Positions 28,695 through 40,051 are shown, counted from the first letter of the stretch. The stretch is DNA of 64,000 bases from Myxococcota bacterium (GCA_965223415.1 OZ245002.1:4384001-4448000); one strand, 5' to 3'. The notes: generated from the sequence alone by a model not told the origin. Numbers and translations: made by a program.

Positions 28695-29328
28695 ATGCCC
28701 ATTCGCGAAGCGACGGATCCCGAGATCCGCTCCATGACGGGAATCCACCTGTACCACTTCTTCCTGTCGAATCGCGCTCAGCGTGTCTCCCTGACGCTGG
28801 CAGAGAAGGGGCTCGAGTTCACGCCGCACTCCGTCAACCTGCTGACCGGGGCGAACTCCAAGGACGACTACTTCAGGATCAATCCCGCCGGTCTCGTGCC
28901 CGCCCTGGTCCACGACGGTGTGGTGATCACGGAGTCGGGAGATGGCAGAGTTCCACCAACAGGCGACCGCCGGTTTCCCGGAGGCCCGGATTGTCGCTGC
29001 AGAAAGGGATCTGTTCGCGTTCTTCGACCGACTCGAGTCCGAGCTCGGCCAACATCGATGGCTGGTCGGAGACGAATACTCCTACGCTGACATTGCCTGG
29101 TTCGTGCAGTATTTCCTGATGTGGCGCACCGGCATGGTCGACTTCGTGAACTACCCCAACCTTCGTCGCTGGGCCGCGGAGATCATGCGCAGGCCGTCCT
29201 TCGAGCGGGGCATCAGACAGCTGCAATCTTGGTACTCCCCGAACGCCTGCAAGGTACTGAAGATCAGGTCGCGCATTCGGCGGGGCGGACCGATGCCGAA
29301 GCAGGCAAGGGCGCCCGTCGCGGGGTAG
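28695..29328 (+). pseudogene. glutathione S-transferase, split by a deletion/frameshift near 28940
   Basis: N-domain (INPAGLVPALVHDGVVITES) and C-domain (WLVGDEYSYADIAW, YPNLRRW...RPSF) in different frames, intervening helices missing. Confidence 0.75.
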
Positions 29329-29380
29329 GGGGATCTGCCGGGCCGGCATCTGGCTCGGTCGCCTCGAGCGGCCGCGGGTC

Positions 29381-30460
29381 TCAGATGCCGCTCACCCCGG
29401 CGCCAAGGCGCCTCATGTCCTCCAGAAGGCGCCTTGGATCGACCGCACACCCCATGTAGTGCAGGCCGGGCCGTCGGATCGAGCCATCGAGGAGCTGCAA
29501 CAAGCAGGCGACCAGCGGAATCGCCGTGATCTCGTATCCGTCCTCGTGGGAGACGAGCAGATCGAGACGGCGCGGGGCTCCGTCGCCGCTGCCCTCGGCC
29601 TCGAGCTTGATCCGGACGCCGTGGGGCGCTCTCGTGAAGCGACGATTCGCCCGCACCATGAGCCTCGCACAGGCCCGAACCGCGCTGTCGAACCGTCCGA
29701 GTCCCGTCGTCGCGAACGTCATGAGCAGCAGATCGACGACCGGGTTGACGCCAGCCACGTAGGCCGCGAGGCGTTCCATTCCGAGCTGTTCGGGCAGCTC
29801 TCGCAGCTCGATCAGATCCGTCGGGAAACATCGATGCGTGCCGAATGGATCGCCGAAATCGAAGCTTCGGGTCGCCATGAGGCTCGCCCTCCGCCAGCCC
29901 CCGGCCTCGTGAACGGAAGCCGGGGTTGCCACCTGTCGCACCATGTCGAGTGCAGAACCCAGCGCGCTGTCGGACTCCTTGATCAGGGCCGAGACAGCAG
30001 CTGCGCGAACCTCTCCGAGGCGATCCGCTGCGAGCCGTACCAGGGCCGACGGCAACCCGGGCAGCGCTCCGGCCTCCGTCACAAAGCAGCGACCGGACTG
30101 CTCGATCCTGGGCGTGAGGAGCTGGAGCGCCTGGGCCTTGAGCGGACCCAGGCTGATGTCGATCCAGTCGATGCCAGCCTCGATCGCGGTCTGGGCCACG
30201 CCGTGCGCGATTCCTTCGAGGGGAATGCAGACGATGATGAGATCGCACCCTTCCAACCCCGCTCCAAGGGATGCCGTGTCGTTGGCGTCGACCTGCGCCG
30301 CACCCACGCGATCAGACCCGAGCTCGGCCGCCGCCGCGCTCGCCTGCTTCGCATCTCGGCCGGCGAGGGTAACGTCGAGTGAAGTCTCGCGAAGCAGCAG
30401 CCGCGCAATGGCCCGTCCCGCAGCACCGTACCCTCCGAGAATCAGCGCTTTGTCTGCCAA
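29381..30460 (-). CDS. saccharopine dehydrogenase-like NAD(P)-binding oxidoreductase
   Basis: LGGYGAAG, LAGRD, EAGALPGLPSAL. Confidence 0.75.
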   Translation of the reverse strand: MADKALILGGYGAAGRAIARLLLRETSLDVTLAGRDAKQASAAAAELGSDRVGAAQVDANDTASLGAGLEGCDLIIVCIPLEGIAHGVAQTAIEAGIDWIDISLGPLKAQALQLLTPRIEQSGRCFVTEAGALPGLPSALVRLAADRLGEVRAAAVSALIKESDSALGSALDMVRQVATPASVHEAGGWRRASLMATRSFDFGDPFGTHRCFPTDLIELRELPEQLGMERLAAYVAGVNPVVDLLLMTFATTGLGRFDSAVRACARLMVRANRRFTRAPHGVRIKLEAEGSGDGAPRRLDLLVSHEDGYEITAIPLVACLLQLLDGSIRRPGLHYMGCAVDPRRLLEDMRRLGAGVSGI

Positions 30461-30593
30461 GGTCTCGCTCCTGCGTTGGTGACGCCCTCACGCTCCGTCC
30501 CGACTGCAGGCGTCGCGGAGTGAGAGGATGGTATCCGATTCCCCGGAGCCCCTGGAGCAAGTCGCCACGGATGCCTTCGCGCACGCGCAAGGC

Positions 30594-31835
<1,242 letters not shown>

Positions 31836-31869
31836 GGGGGCTCCTGGGTCGCGGGGTGAACACGCCTGG

Positions 31870-31885
31870 AGCAAAGGGCGTGCCG
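31870..31885 (-). promoter_or_regulatory. sigma-54 (-24/-12) promoter upstream of the bEBP gene
   Basis: Minus strand CGGCAC-GCCCT-TTGCT, 35 nt upstream of the ATG. Confidence 0.7.
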
Positions 31886-32177
31886 GGGCTGCGCTCCTCT
31901 CCGCGCGTGCGGGCGCCGAGGTGGCCAGGACCGGCCGGCCGGGGCCGGCCCTGGCCATGCGAACACGCGGTCTCGCGCGCCGGGTAGGGGCCAGCGAGCC
32001 GCAGCGACGCCTGCCCGCCGCTGCACGGCGCCGCCCGACCGGGTCGGCCCGTGCGGCGCCGGCCGCCTACGTCGGGGCTGGGAGCGACACACGAGCCCGC
32101 GGCGATCGCGTTCGCGTCGCGCGGAGGCGGAAGGCGCCTCGCGCTTCACGCCCCCGCGGACGCCGGTCCGCGGGCCG

Positions 32178-32217
32178 AAAACGCAAGATGCAAGGAACGT
32201 CCCCGGTCTTGCGTTTT
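32178..32217. repeat. single REP-like unit with 11-bp terminal stem
   Basis: cgcaagatgcaaggaacgtccccggtcttgcg is 30/32 identical to 13663-13694; flanked by aaaa/tttt. Confidence 0.8.
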
Positions 32218-32219
32218 GG

Positions 32220-32678
32220 CTAGGGGGCGGGGAGGAGGAGGCGCTGGCCGGGGACGAGGCGGTCGGGGTCGTCGATGCGGTCCCGGTTGGCTTCGAGGAT
32301 GCGCTCGGCGTCGGCGGCGGAGCCGTAGTGGTCGCGGGCGATCTGGACGAGCCAGTCGCCCTCGCGGACGGTGTAGTGGCGAGGAGACTCGGACGTCGTG
32401 GTCGTGGCGGTGTGGTAGGTGGGGTCCGGGTCCTCGGGCTCGGCCCGTTCCTCGCGGTCGAGGGTCTCCGGGGGCGCCGCCTCCATGGCGATCGGCTCCT
32501 CGGCCTCGGTCTCCTCGTCGGCGGGCTCGCCGATCTCCACGAGCAGCACGTCCCGGCGCTCTGCGGGAGGAGCCGCGACGTCGGGCGGGGGAAGGGCGGC
32601 CGGTGGCGCGCTGGGCTCGGCACCGCATGCCCAGCTCGAAGCGAAGAGTGCCACCGCCGCCAACCACGCCGATCGCAA
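32220..32678 (-). CDS. LysM domain lipoprotein
   Basis: Lipobox-like SWAC; acidic/Pro linker; HYTVREGDWLVQIARDHYG...ILEANRDRIDDPDRLVPGQRL. Confidence 0.85.
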   Translation of the reverse strand: MRSAWLAAVALFASSWACGAEPSAPPAALPPPDVAAPPAERRDVLLVEIGEPADEETEAEEPIAMEAAPPETLDREERAEPEDPDPTYHTATTTTSESPRHYTVREGDWLVQIARDHYGSAADAERILEANRDRIDDPDRLVPGQRLLLPAP

Positions 32679-32732
32679 GCTCTCCCCTCCACGCCAAGGG
32701 CCAGCGCGTCGGAGCGTCCAGTCAGCGATGCG

Positions 32733-35700
32733 CTAGCGCCGCTTCCGCCAGAACGAATGGAAGCGGCCGCAATCGAGCTTACCCAGGGGAGCACCCAAAT
32801 CGGTGACGCCGCGCACATCCACCAGCTCCTGGCCCTCGAAGCAGCGGTCGACGCTGCCGTCGCGGGTCGAGTCCTCGCACTGCAGGGTTACGGCCCCGCC
32901 GGAGACGTACTGGATGACGTCGGCCTTGCCGTCGGCGTCCGTGTCGATCTCGTTGCGGGCCACCTGACCGCCCTCGAAGATCTGGCGGATCTCACCCTGG
33001 CCGTTGCCGTTCTGGTCGATCAGGCCCTCCACGACGACGCCGCCGGCGAGGCGGTAGCGGATGTCCAGGCTGCGGTTGCCGTCGCTGTCGACGCACTGGC
33101 TGCGCGCCGCGCCGCCCGGCTCGAGGAAGACCTTCACGTCGGGACGCTTCTTCCCCTCACTCACCAGCTCCTGGTGGGTGGCGACGCCGTTGGGGCCGAA
33201 ACGGCTCAGCACGGTCGCGTGGCCGGCCTTCCGCTGGTCCATGGCCTGCCAGGTCATGACGCCGTTCTCCTGGTGGGACCAGAGATCGAACTTGCAGTCG
33301 CCGTCCTGGTCGACGGCCTGGTCGCTCAGATCGCCGTTGCGGTCGTACTGCTCCTCCAGATCGAAGCAGCCCCGCAGCTCGCGATCCTGGCGCACGAGAC
33401 GCGGCTTGCCGTTCGGGCCGAACTCCGTGAGGGCGTCCTTCTTCCCGTCGTGGTTCCGGTCTTCCTCCTGCCGGACGACGACACCCTCCGCGTCCGTCGT
33501 CACCCACAGGTCCGGCCGGCCGTCCCCGTTGCGATCCTGGGTCTGTTGCTGCGTGCCCCCCTCTCCGAGGGCCACCTGGATCTCGAACACGCCGTCGAAG
33601 TCGTCGTCCTGCTCGACGAAGGCGGGCTCGCCGTTCTCGAAGCGGGTGCGCACGTCTGGCTGGCCGTCGCCGTTGCGGTCGCGCTCGCTGCGCACCGGCA
33701 CGCCGCCCTCTAGGAAGGTGCGGGTCTCCCGGCTTCCGTCGCCGTCGCCGTCTTCCAGGATCTCGGCGGGCTCCTCGTCCGGTCCGAAGGTCGTCTCGAC
33801 GTCGATCTGGCCGTCGAAGTTCCGGTCCTCCCGCTGGACGTGCTTTCGCCCCTCCCGGTAGGCAATCAACACGTCGGGCTTGCCGTCGCCGTTGCCGTCG
33901 CGCTCGGAGCGGGTGGGCTTGCCGCCCTCGAGCCAGGTGGTGAGCTCGAAGCTTCCGTCGAAGTCGCCGTCCTGCTCCTCGCGGGAGGCGGTGCCGTTCT
34001 CGTAGTGGCGCCGCAGGTCCGGCTGGCCGTCGGCGTTGCTGTCGACCTCGTCGCGCACGGGCGCCTCGTCGGTGCCGTAGAAGACGATCTGGTCCACCCG
34101 GCCGTCGCCGGTCGTGTCCTTCTCCTGGCGGGTGCGCCGCCCGGCCCCGAACAGGAGGAAAGTGTCCTTCTTCCCGCTGGCATTCGTGTCCAGCTCCTGC
34201 CGGACCATCTCGCCCCCTTCGAAGAGGGAGAGAACGTCTGGCTGGCCGTCGCCGGTGGTGTCCCGGCGCTCGCGGACCTTCTGGCCGTTCTCGTACTCGA
34301 CCTGGACGTCGAAGCCCCCGCCATCGCCGGTGGCGCGCTGCTCGGCCACCACCTGACCCTCTGCGTCGAGGCTGCCCTTCACGTCCGGCTTGCCGTCGAA
34401 GTCCGTGTCCTCCTGGAAGCGGACGGCCCTGCCCGCTTCGTAGAAGACGACCCGGTCCGCGTCTCCGTCTGCGTTCTTGTCCTCCTCGAGCCGCTCCGTC
34501 GCACCGCCGGCGCCCTTCGTCACCCAACGGTCCACCTTGCCGTCGGCGTCCGTGTCCTCGAGGAGCCGGCGCTCCTCCCCGGTGACGACGTCGAGGGTGA
34601 CGAACTTGTCCGGCTGGCCGCTTCCGTCCGTGTCCTGCTCCTGCTTCTCGAGCCGGCCCTCCGGGTCGTAGAAATTGCGCAGCTCGAAGCCGCCGTCACC
34701 GTCCTCGTCGAGGTCGACCCGCAGGAGCCGGCCCTCGCCGTGGAGCTCGATGCGGTCCGGGCGGCCGCGGCCGGCCCGGTCGATCTCCGTGCGCGCGAGC
34801 TGGCCCTGCTCGTAGCGGCTCTGGGCCTCGAAGCGGCCGTCGAAGTCCGCATCCCGTCGCGTGCGCAGCAGCGCCTCGCCGTCCGGCGCGTACTCGAACT
34901 CGGCGTCGATCTTCCCGTCGTCGTTCTGGTCTTCCTTCTGGACGGAACGCTTGCCGGCCTGGAACTCGACGAAGGTGTCGCGGCGGCCGTCCCGGTTCGA
35001 GTCCGCCTCGGTTTTCAGGATCATGTCGCCGGCGAACCAGGTCTCGAGGTCGACCTGGCCGTCGTCGTCCTGGTCTTCCTCTTCCCGGGCTTTCTGGCCG
35101 TTCTCGTAGTGGCGGGCCAGGTCGATGCGGCCGTCGTCGTCCGGATCGAAGCGCTCCTGCTCCCGGTCGCCGTTCGGGCGGTAGAGCACCACGGCTTCCG
35201 GCGTCCCGTCCCGGTCCTCGTCCTTCACCTGGCGCCGCTCGCGGCCGTCCTCGTAGCTCGACTCGGTATCGAAGCGGCCGTCGTCGGTGGTGTCGGCCCG
35301 CCGGGCGACGATCTTGTCGTTCTCGTAGTCGGTGACCACGTCCACCTTGCCCGAGTGGTTCGTGTCCTCCTCGACCCGGGCCTTCCGGCCGTTCCGGAAG
35401 CGGATGGTGACGTCGAAGCGGCCGTTTCCGTTCGTGTCCTGGAGCTCCAGGGTCTTGGTGCCGTCGGGCTCGTACTCGGCGCGGAACTCGGGCTTGCGGT
35501 CCCCGTCCTCGTCTTCCTCGACGATGGCCGGCTCGCCGCCGGCGTAGGTGACGCGCCGCTCGATCGTGCCGTCGAAGTCCGGATCCTCCTCCTTGCGGAC
35601 GGGCACGCCGTTTTCGTAGAAGAGGGTGGCGTCGGTCTTGCCGTCGAAGTTGTGGTCGTCCCGCTGCTGGGCCGGCTTGCCGTTCTGGAAGTCGATCCAC

Positions 35701-36011
35701 TGGTCCTTGCGGCCGTCGGCATTGGTGTCCCGCTCCTGGAGCTTCGGCTGGCCCTCGCCCTCGAAGGCGATCCAGGTATCGACCTTTCCGTCGAAGGTGG
35801 TGTCCTGCTCGGCCTTCACCGGCTGGCCGCCCTGGTACTCGACGAACTCGTCGTAGCGGCCGTCCCGGTTCGTGTCGGCCTTCTTCGACTTCACCTGCTC
35901 GTTCTCGTCGAAGTCGAGCACGGTGGGGGCGCCCTGGGCCCAGGAGGCGAGGGGAAGGGCGGCGAGCGCTGTAAGAAGCAGCGCGAAGGGGGCGAGCCGG
36001 ATGCTAGTCAA
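32733..36011 (-). CDS. exported 1092-aa protein of ~42 tandem Dx[DN]xDG repeats
   Basis: Signal peptide; ~22-23 aa period (EDxDxDGxxDxxxxYxxG); Cys-containing C-terminal cap; start overlaps upstream stop. Confidence 0.85.
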   Translation of the reverse strand: MTSIRLAPFALLLTALAALPLASWAQGAPTVLDFDENEQVKSKKADTNRDGRYDEFVEYQGGQPVKAEQDTTFDGKVDTWIAFEGEGQPKLQERDTNADGRKDQWIDFQNGKPAQQRDDHNFDGKTDATLFYENGVPVRKEEDPDFDGTIERRVTYAGGEPAIVEEDEDGDRKPEFRAEYEPDGTKTLELQDTNGNGRFDVTIRFRNGRKARVEEDTNHSGKVDVVTDYENDKIVARRADTTDDGRFDTESSYEDGRERRQVKDEDRDGTPEAVVLYRPNGDREQERFDPDDDGRIDLARHYENGQKAREEEDQDDDGQVDLETWFAGDMILKTEADSNRDGRRDTFVEFQAGKRSVQKEDQNDDGKIDAEFEYAPDGEALLRTRRDADFDGRFEAQSRYEQGQLARTEIDRAGRGRPDRIELHGEGRLLRVDLDEDGDGGFELRNFYDPEGRLEKQEQDTDGSGQPDKFVTLDVVTGEERRLLEDTDADGKVDRWVTKGAGGATERLEEDKNADGDADRVVFYEAGRAVRFQEDTDFDGKPDVKGSLDAEGQVVAEQRATGDGGGFDVQVEYENGQKVRERRDTTGDGQPDVLSLFEGGEMVRQELDTNASGKKDTFLLFGAGRRTRQEKDTTGDGRVDQIVFYGTDEAPVRDEVDSNADGQPDLRRHYENGTASREEQDGDFDGSFELTTWLEGGKPTRSERDGNGDGKPDVLIAYREGRKHVQREDRNFDGQIDVETTFGPDEEPAEILEDGDGDGSRETRTFLEGGVPVRSERDRNGDGQPDVRTRFENGEPAFVEQDDDFDGVFEIQVALGEGGTQQQTQDRNGDGRPDLWVTTDAEGVVVRQEEDRNHDGKKDALTEFGPNGKPRLVRQDRELRGCFDLEEQYDRNGDLSDQAVDQDGDCKFDLWSHQENGVMTWQAMDQRKAGHATVLSRFGPNGVATHQELVSEGKKRPDVKVFLEPGGAARSQCVDSDGNRSLDIRYRLAGGVVVEGLIDQNGNGQGEIRQIFEGGQVARNEIDTDADGKADVIQYVSGGAVTLQCEDSTRDGSVDRCFEGQELVDVRGVTDLGAPLGKLDCGRFHSFWRKRR

Positions 36012-37131
36012 GGGTGTTGGTGAAGCTGCCGAACAGGTTGTGGTTCGCGAGGCAGCGCACCTGCGGCCCCATGTGGCTGAAGGGCGAGGCCGCCAGGAGC
36101 GCCTCGACCGCCGCCTTGCCCGCCGCCGGATCCGAGCCCGAGTCCACCACCGACACGCCGCTGGCGGAGCCGGCGGGATCGATGCGGAAGCGGAGCTTTG
36201 CGGTGGACGTGCGCACGCCCTCCGGCAGGATCCAGCGGGAGAGCGTCCTGTCCTTCACCCGGGCGAGGTAGGCGTTCACCTCGGGCCGGGCCAGGCAGGC
36301 GTCGAAGCTGACGGCCCCCGGGCCCCGGCCGTCCCCGCCGACGCCGGCGCCGCCCATCCTGCCGAGGTTCATGTTCGGGTTGGCGACGACGCCCTGGTCC
36401 GCCCCGAACACGTCCCGGCTCGACGCGATGCCCTGGCGGACGCTCGAGCCGCTGCCGAGAGAGTTCGGACCGGCGGTGCCGATCGTGTTGCCCGAGGGCA
36501 CCACCTGACGCGGGCCGCTCACCACGCCGACCGGCGCCTGGTGCTGGATCGGCCCGGCCAAGGCCGGGCCCTGGTAGTTGGGGACGACCGGGGCCGTGGT
36601 CGCACTCGCCACCGAGGCGACGCGGCCCGTCGTCTCGACGGTGACGGAGCGGAAGTCGACCTGGGTCGGCGCGACGGTGGGCGCCACGACCGCGGTGTCG
36701 ATCCGGGCCGCTTCGACGGGCTGGGCGAAGTCCTGGATGACCGTCGGGTTCACGATCTGCGGGGCCATCGCCATGGGCGCCGGATCGAAGGCGGCCAGGC
36801 TCTCGGCGATGGCGGTGGGCGCCGGCGCGGGCTCCTCCTCGCTGGCCACCTCCTCCGGGAGGATCAGCTCGATGATCTTCTCCTTCTCCTCCTCCGGGAT
36901 CTGGCTGGCGATAAAGAGAAGCAGGGCGATGGCGCCGCCGTGGACCAGGAGCGAGATGCCGCTCGTGACCCAGGCCCGCCCGCCGCCTTCGGGATCCGGC
37001 ATCTCCGAGCCGGGGAACGGGATCGCCTCGCCGGAGGAGGCGCCGCCGTGGGCGCCCACGGCGCCGATGCGCCGGGTCCGCATCGGGTGGTTGCGCTTCG
37101 GGCGCAGGCTGACGACGAATCCAGCGGTCAT
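36004..37131 (-). CDS. TonB/TolA-like energy transducer
   Basis: TM segment with S-x3-H (SLLVH); Pro/Ala/Gly-rich spacer; C-terminal YLARVKDR...W...LRFRIDPAG...V..SG...AVEALLAASPF. Confidence 0.75.
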   Translation of the reverse strand: MTAGFVVSLRPKRNHPMRTRRIGAVGAHGGASSGEAIPFPGSEMPDPEGGGRAWVTSGISLLVHGGAIALLLFIASQIPEEEKEKIIELILPEEVASEEEPAPAPTAIAESLAAFDPAPMAMAPQIVNPTVIQDFAQPVEAARIDTAVVAPTVAPTQVDFRSVTVETTGRVASVASATTAPVVPNYQGPALAGPIQHQAPVGVVSGPRQVVPSGNTIGTAGPNSLGSGSSVRQGIASSRDVFGADQGVVANPNMNLGRMGGAGVGGDGRGPGAVSFDACLARPEVNAYLARVKDRTLSRWILPEGVRTSTAKLRFRIDPAGSASGVSVVDSGSDPAAGKAAVEALLAASPFSHMGPQVRCLANHNLFGSFTNTLD

Positions 37132-37419
37132 CGGGCGCTCCCCCTGCTTCGAAGGCTCGGAACCCGCCTGGGGGCGCGCGGTTCGGAGCTTCGGGGTGCG
37201 TTCGGCCGGCCGGGCGCAGACGCCCGCAGGGAGCCCTTCATAACGTGGCAAGAAAGACGCAACTTACCGGCACCATTGTGGATTTTCCGACCCCGGAGCG
37301 ATCCTATGGGAGCCACCCGGGGGTGTCAACGAGGCACTCACCTCTGTAAGGTAGGTCGACTTCGAGGCCCGGTTGGTGTCGGTGGGTCCACACCGGGCAG
37401 GGGGAACGAGCCCGTGAAC

Positions 37420-38097
37420 ATGGAACTCAACGAGCTCCTGGAGCTCCTGCACCAGGGCCGGCTCACGGTGTACCCGCTCGGGGTGCTCTCGGTGATCGTC
37501 TTCGGCATCGCCATCGAGCGCTTCTGGAAGTACCGCGGGCTCGACCGCGCGACGCGGGATCTGACCCGGAAGCTGGTCGACACGCTCGTGCGTCACGACC
37601 TCTCCGCGGCCCGCACCCTGTGCGAGGCCTCGAGCACGCCCATGTCGGAGGTGTTCGGCGAGGGCCTGCGCTGGCGCAACATCGCGTTGGAGGATCTCCA
37701 CGAGGTGCTCGCCACCGCCCGCAACGAGGTGGTGACCGAGCTCCGGCGGGGGCTCTGGTTCATCGGCACGATCGGCTCCCTGGCGCCCTACATCGGGCTG
37801 CTCGGGACCGTGGTGGGCATCATGGTCGCCTTCGGCGCCATCGCCGAGAGCGGCGACGCCGGCTTCGAGGTGGTCTCCGCGGGCATCTCCGAGGCGCTGA
37901 TCGCCACGGCGGTGGGCCTGCTCGTGGCGATCGTGTCCCTGGCGCTCTTCAACTTCCTGCAGGTGCGGGTCAACACCATTGCGTCGACCTTCTCCCGGGC
38001 CAGCGAGCGCTTCGTCCAGGCGCTCCTGTTCGTGGAAGCCGGCACCGAAGGTGACAAGGAGGCGTCCCATGGCGAACTCAGTCCCGCACGAGGGTGA
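37420..38097 (+). CDS. MotA/TolQ/ExbB proton channel protein
   Basis: TIGSLAPYIGLLGTVVGIM, GISEALIATAVGLLVAI. Confidence 0.92.
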   Translation: MELNELLELLHQGRLTVYPLGVLSVIVFGIAIERFWKYRGLDRATRDLTRKLVDTLVRHDLSAARTLCEASSTPMSEVFGEGLRWRNIALEDLHEVLATARNEVVTELRRGLWFIGTIGSLAPYIGLLGTVVGIMVAFGAIAESGDAGFEVVSAGISEALIATAVGLLVAIVSLALFNFLQVRVNTIASTFSRASERFVQALLFVEAGTEGDKEASHGELSPARG

Positions 38098-38494
38098 CGA
38101 CGCCGGCGGCATCGTCGCCGAGATCAACATCACGCCCCTCACCGATGTCTTCCTCGTCCTGCTGATCATCTTCATGGTCACGTCGTCGGTCATCGCGAAC
38201 ACCGGCAAGAACGTGAACCTGCCCGAGGCGGTGGAGAGCTCCCAGACGCCCAAGCAGGCCGTGAACGTGACGATCACCGAGGGCGGCGAGGTCCAGATCA
38301 ACGGCGCCGATGTGGCCTACGACAACCTCTTCGCCCACCTGAAGGCCGCCCTCGACGCCGCCGAGCAGAAGACCGTGATCCTCCGTGGCGACCGCAAGAT
38401 CTACCTCGAGAGAGCGGTCCACGTCCTCGACCAGGCCCAGCTCGCCGGCGCCGAGGGCTTCGCCCTCGCCACCAAGAGACCCGGCAAGAACTGA
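38069..38494 (+). CDS. ExbD/TolR family protein
   Basis: EINITPLTDVFLVLLIIFMV with conserved Asp; VNLP; LRGD. Confidence 0.92.
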   Translation: MANSVPHEGDDAGGIVAEINITPLTDVFLVLLIIFMVTSSVIANTGKNVNLPEAVESSQTPKQAVNVTITEGGEVQINGADVAYDNLFAHLKAALDAAEQKTVILRGDRKIYLERAVHVLDQAQLAGAEGFALATKRPGKN

Positions 38495-38512
38495 ACGTCC
38501 CCCCAGTTGCGT

Positions 38513-40051
38513 TCAGCGGCTGCGGGACCAGAGCAGGGCGGCGGCGATGAGCAGGAGCTCGGGGAGGAGCAGCCCCAGGCTCTGGTACATCGTGAGCGTG
38601 TTCGGCAGGGCCAGGGGGAACTGGGACTTGCCGGAGATGCCTTCCTTGGGGCGGATCGTGAGGTGGGGCGTCCGCTCGGCGGCCCAGTGGACGGCGTTGA
38701 GCACGAGATCGAGGTTGTAGAGGGAGCGCAGGTAGTGGTTGGAGGCGAGGTCGGCATCGCCGAAGGCCACGATGCGGGTCTCGCCGGCTTCGCGCGGGTA
38801 GGCGCCGGCGACGACGAGGGGCCAGTAGTCGCGGTCGACGTCCGGGGGCGGAGTGGGCGCGGTGTTCGACCGCACGGCGGCGGCCTCGGGGACGATCCAC
38901 GAGCGCGGGCTCGCGAAGGCGACGCCGCGGATCTTGTCACCGATCTGCGGCTTGCGCAGGCGGAAGCTGCGCACGCCCTTGAAGAAGGTCATGCGGTTCG
39001 GTCCCAGGCCCTGGCCGACGGGATGGGAGGGGCTGTAGCTGTAGGAGAGGGGCGCCAGCCCCTTCGCCAGGCCCTCCAGCTCGCCGGACGCCGGGTCCAC
39101 GACCGCCCCGGGAAGCGGCTCGAGGCCCCACTCGGCGAGCACCGCCTCCAGGCCGGTGTCCGAGCCGGGCTCGACCATCGCGACCAGGCGCCCTCCGCCC
39201 GCCAGGTAGCGGCGCAGGGCGGCGCCGGCTCCCTCGGCCAGGCCGCGCTCTGGCCGCACCCACAGGACGACGTCCGCGTCGGACGGGATCTCCGCCGTTG
39301 CCGCGCTCACGAACTCGCGCACCTCGTATCCCTCGGTCTGGAGGGCGGCAGTGAGCCCCGAGAACCCCGTGTCTCCCGACGCGCTGAAGTCTCCCTCGCC
39401 CGCGCCCCGGGCCACGTAGACCGTGCCGCTCTGGAGCTGGCGCAGGCGGAAGAGGGCCTCGTAGAGGGCGCCCTGGGTGGGTCGCTCGACCGTCTCCCAG
39501 CTCTCCCGGCCCTCGCGCCGGAGCGTCAGGACCACGCTGTTCGAGGAGCCGATGGCGAAGCGGTCTTCGTCCTCCGGGTGGTCGTCGATGCGCCGCTCGT
39601 CGAAGCCCAGGCAGCTCGCATTGCCCAGGGTCCGCAGCAGGGAGCGGGTGGCGCGGATGCGCGGATCGAGATCGTCGTAGTAGAGGCCGGCGTGAAGCTC
39701 GCCCTGGCCGCACAGGTCGTCGAGGGCGGCTTGCAGGGCGTCCGCCACCTCGTACTTGTTCTCGAAGCTCCAATCGAGCTGCACGTCGCTGCGGGCCGCG
39801 GCCCGCTCCAGGGCGACGGCGGCCAGGAGCGCGAGGGCCACGCGCCCGAGAGCACGCAGCACGGGCCTCCGGAAGGCCGGCGCGCCGGCGCCGCGCGCCC
39901 GCAGCAGCGCCTGCACCGTCGCGACGGCGACCACGAGCCCGCCGCCCACCAGGTTCACGCGAGTGAACCAGGTGCGCTCACCGCTGCCCGCCAGGGCCGC
40001 CGCGCCGAAGGCGAGCATCACGAGCCCGCACAGGACGATGCCCCGTCTCAT
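38513..40051 (-). CDS. GldG-like ABC-type uncharacterized transport system protein
   Basis: N-terminal TMs, DWSFENKY, YLAGGGRLVAMVEP, RIVAFGDADLASN, NLDLVLNAVHW, C-terminal TM. Confidence 0.8.
   Translation of the reverse strand: MRRGIVLCGLVMLAFGAAALAGSGERTWFTRVNLVGGGLVVAVATVQALLRARGAGAPAFRRPVLRALGRVALALLAAVALERAAARSDVQLDWSFENKYEVADALQAALDDLCGQGELHAGLYYDDLDPRIRATRSLLRTLGNASCLGFDERRIDDHPEDEDRFAIGSSNSVVLTLRREGRESWETVERPTQGALYEALFRLRQLQSGTVYVARGAGEGDFSASGDTGFSGLTAALQTEGYEVREFVSAATAEIPSDADVVLWVRPERGLAEGAGAALRRYLAGGGRLVAMVEPGSDTGLEAVLAEWGLEPLPGAVVDPASGELEGLAKGLAPLSYSYSPSHPVGQGLGPNRMTFFKGVRSFRLRKPQIGDKIRGVAFASPRSWIVPEAAAVRSNTAPTPPPDVDRDYWPLVVAGAYPREAGETRIVAFGDADLASNHYLRSLYNLDLVLNAVHWAAERTPHLTIRPKEGISGKSQFPLALPNTLTMYQSLGLLLPELLLIAAALLWSRSR

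Noticed and set aside
32733..36011. RHS/YD toxin or DNA tandem-repeat interpretation
   Set aside because: No RHS core PxxxxDPxG motif, toxin tip or immunity gene; the periodicity is at protein level only
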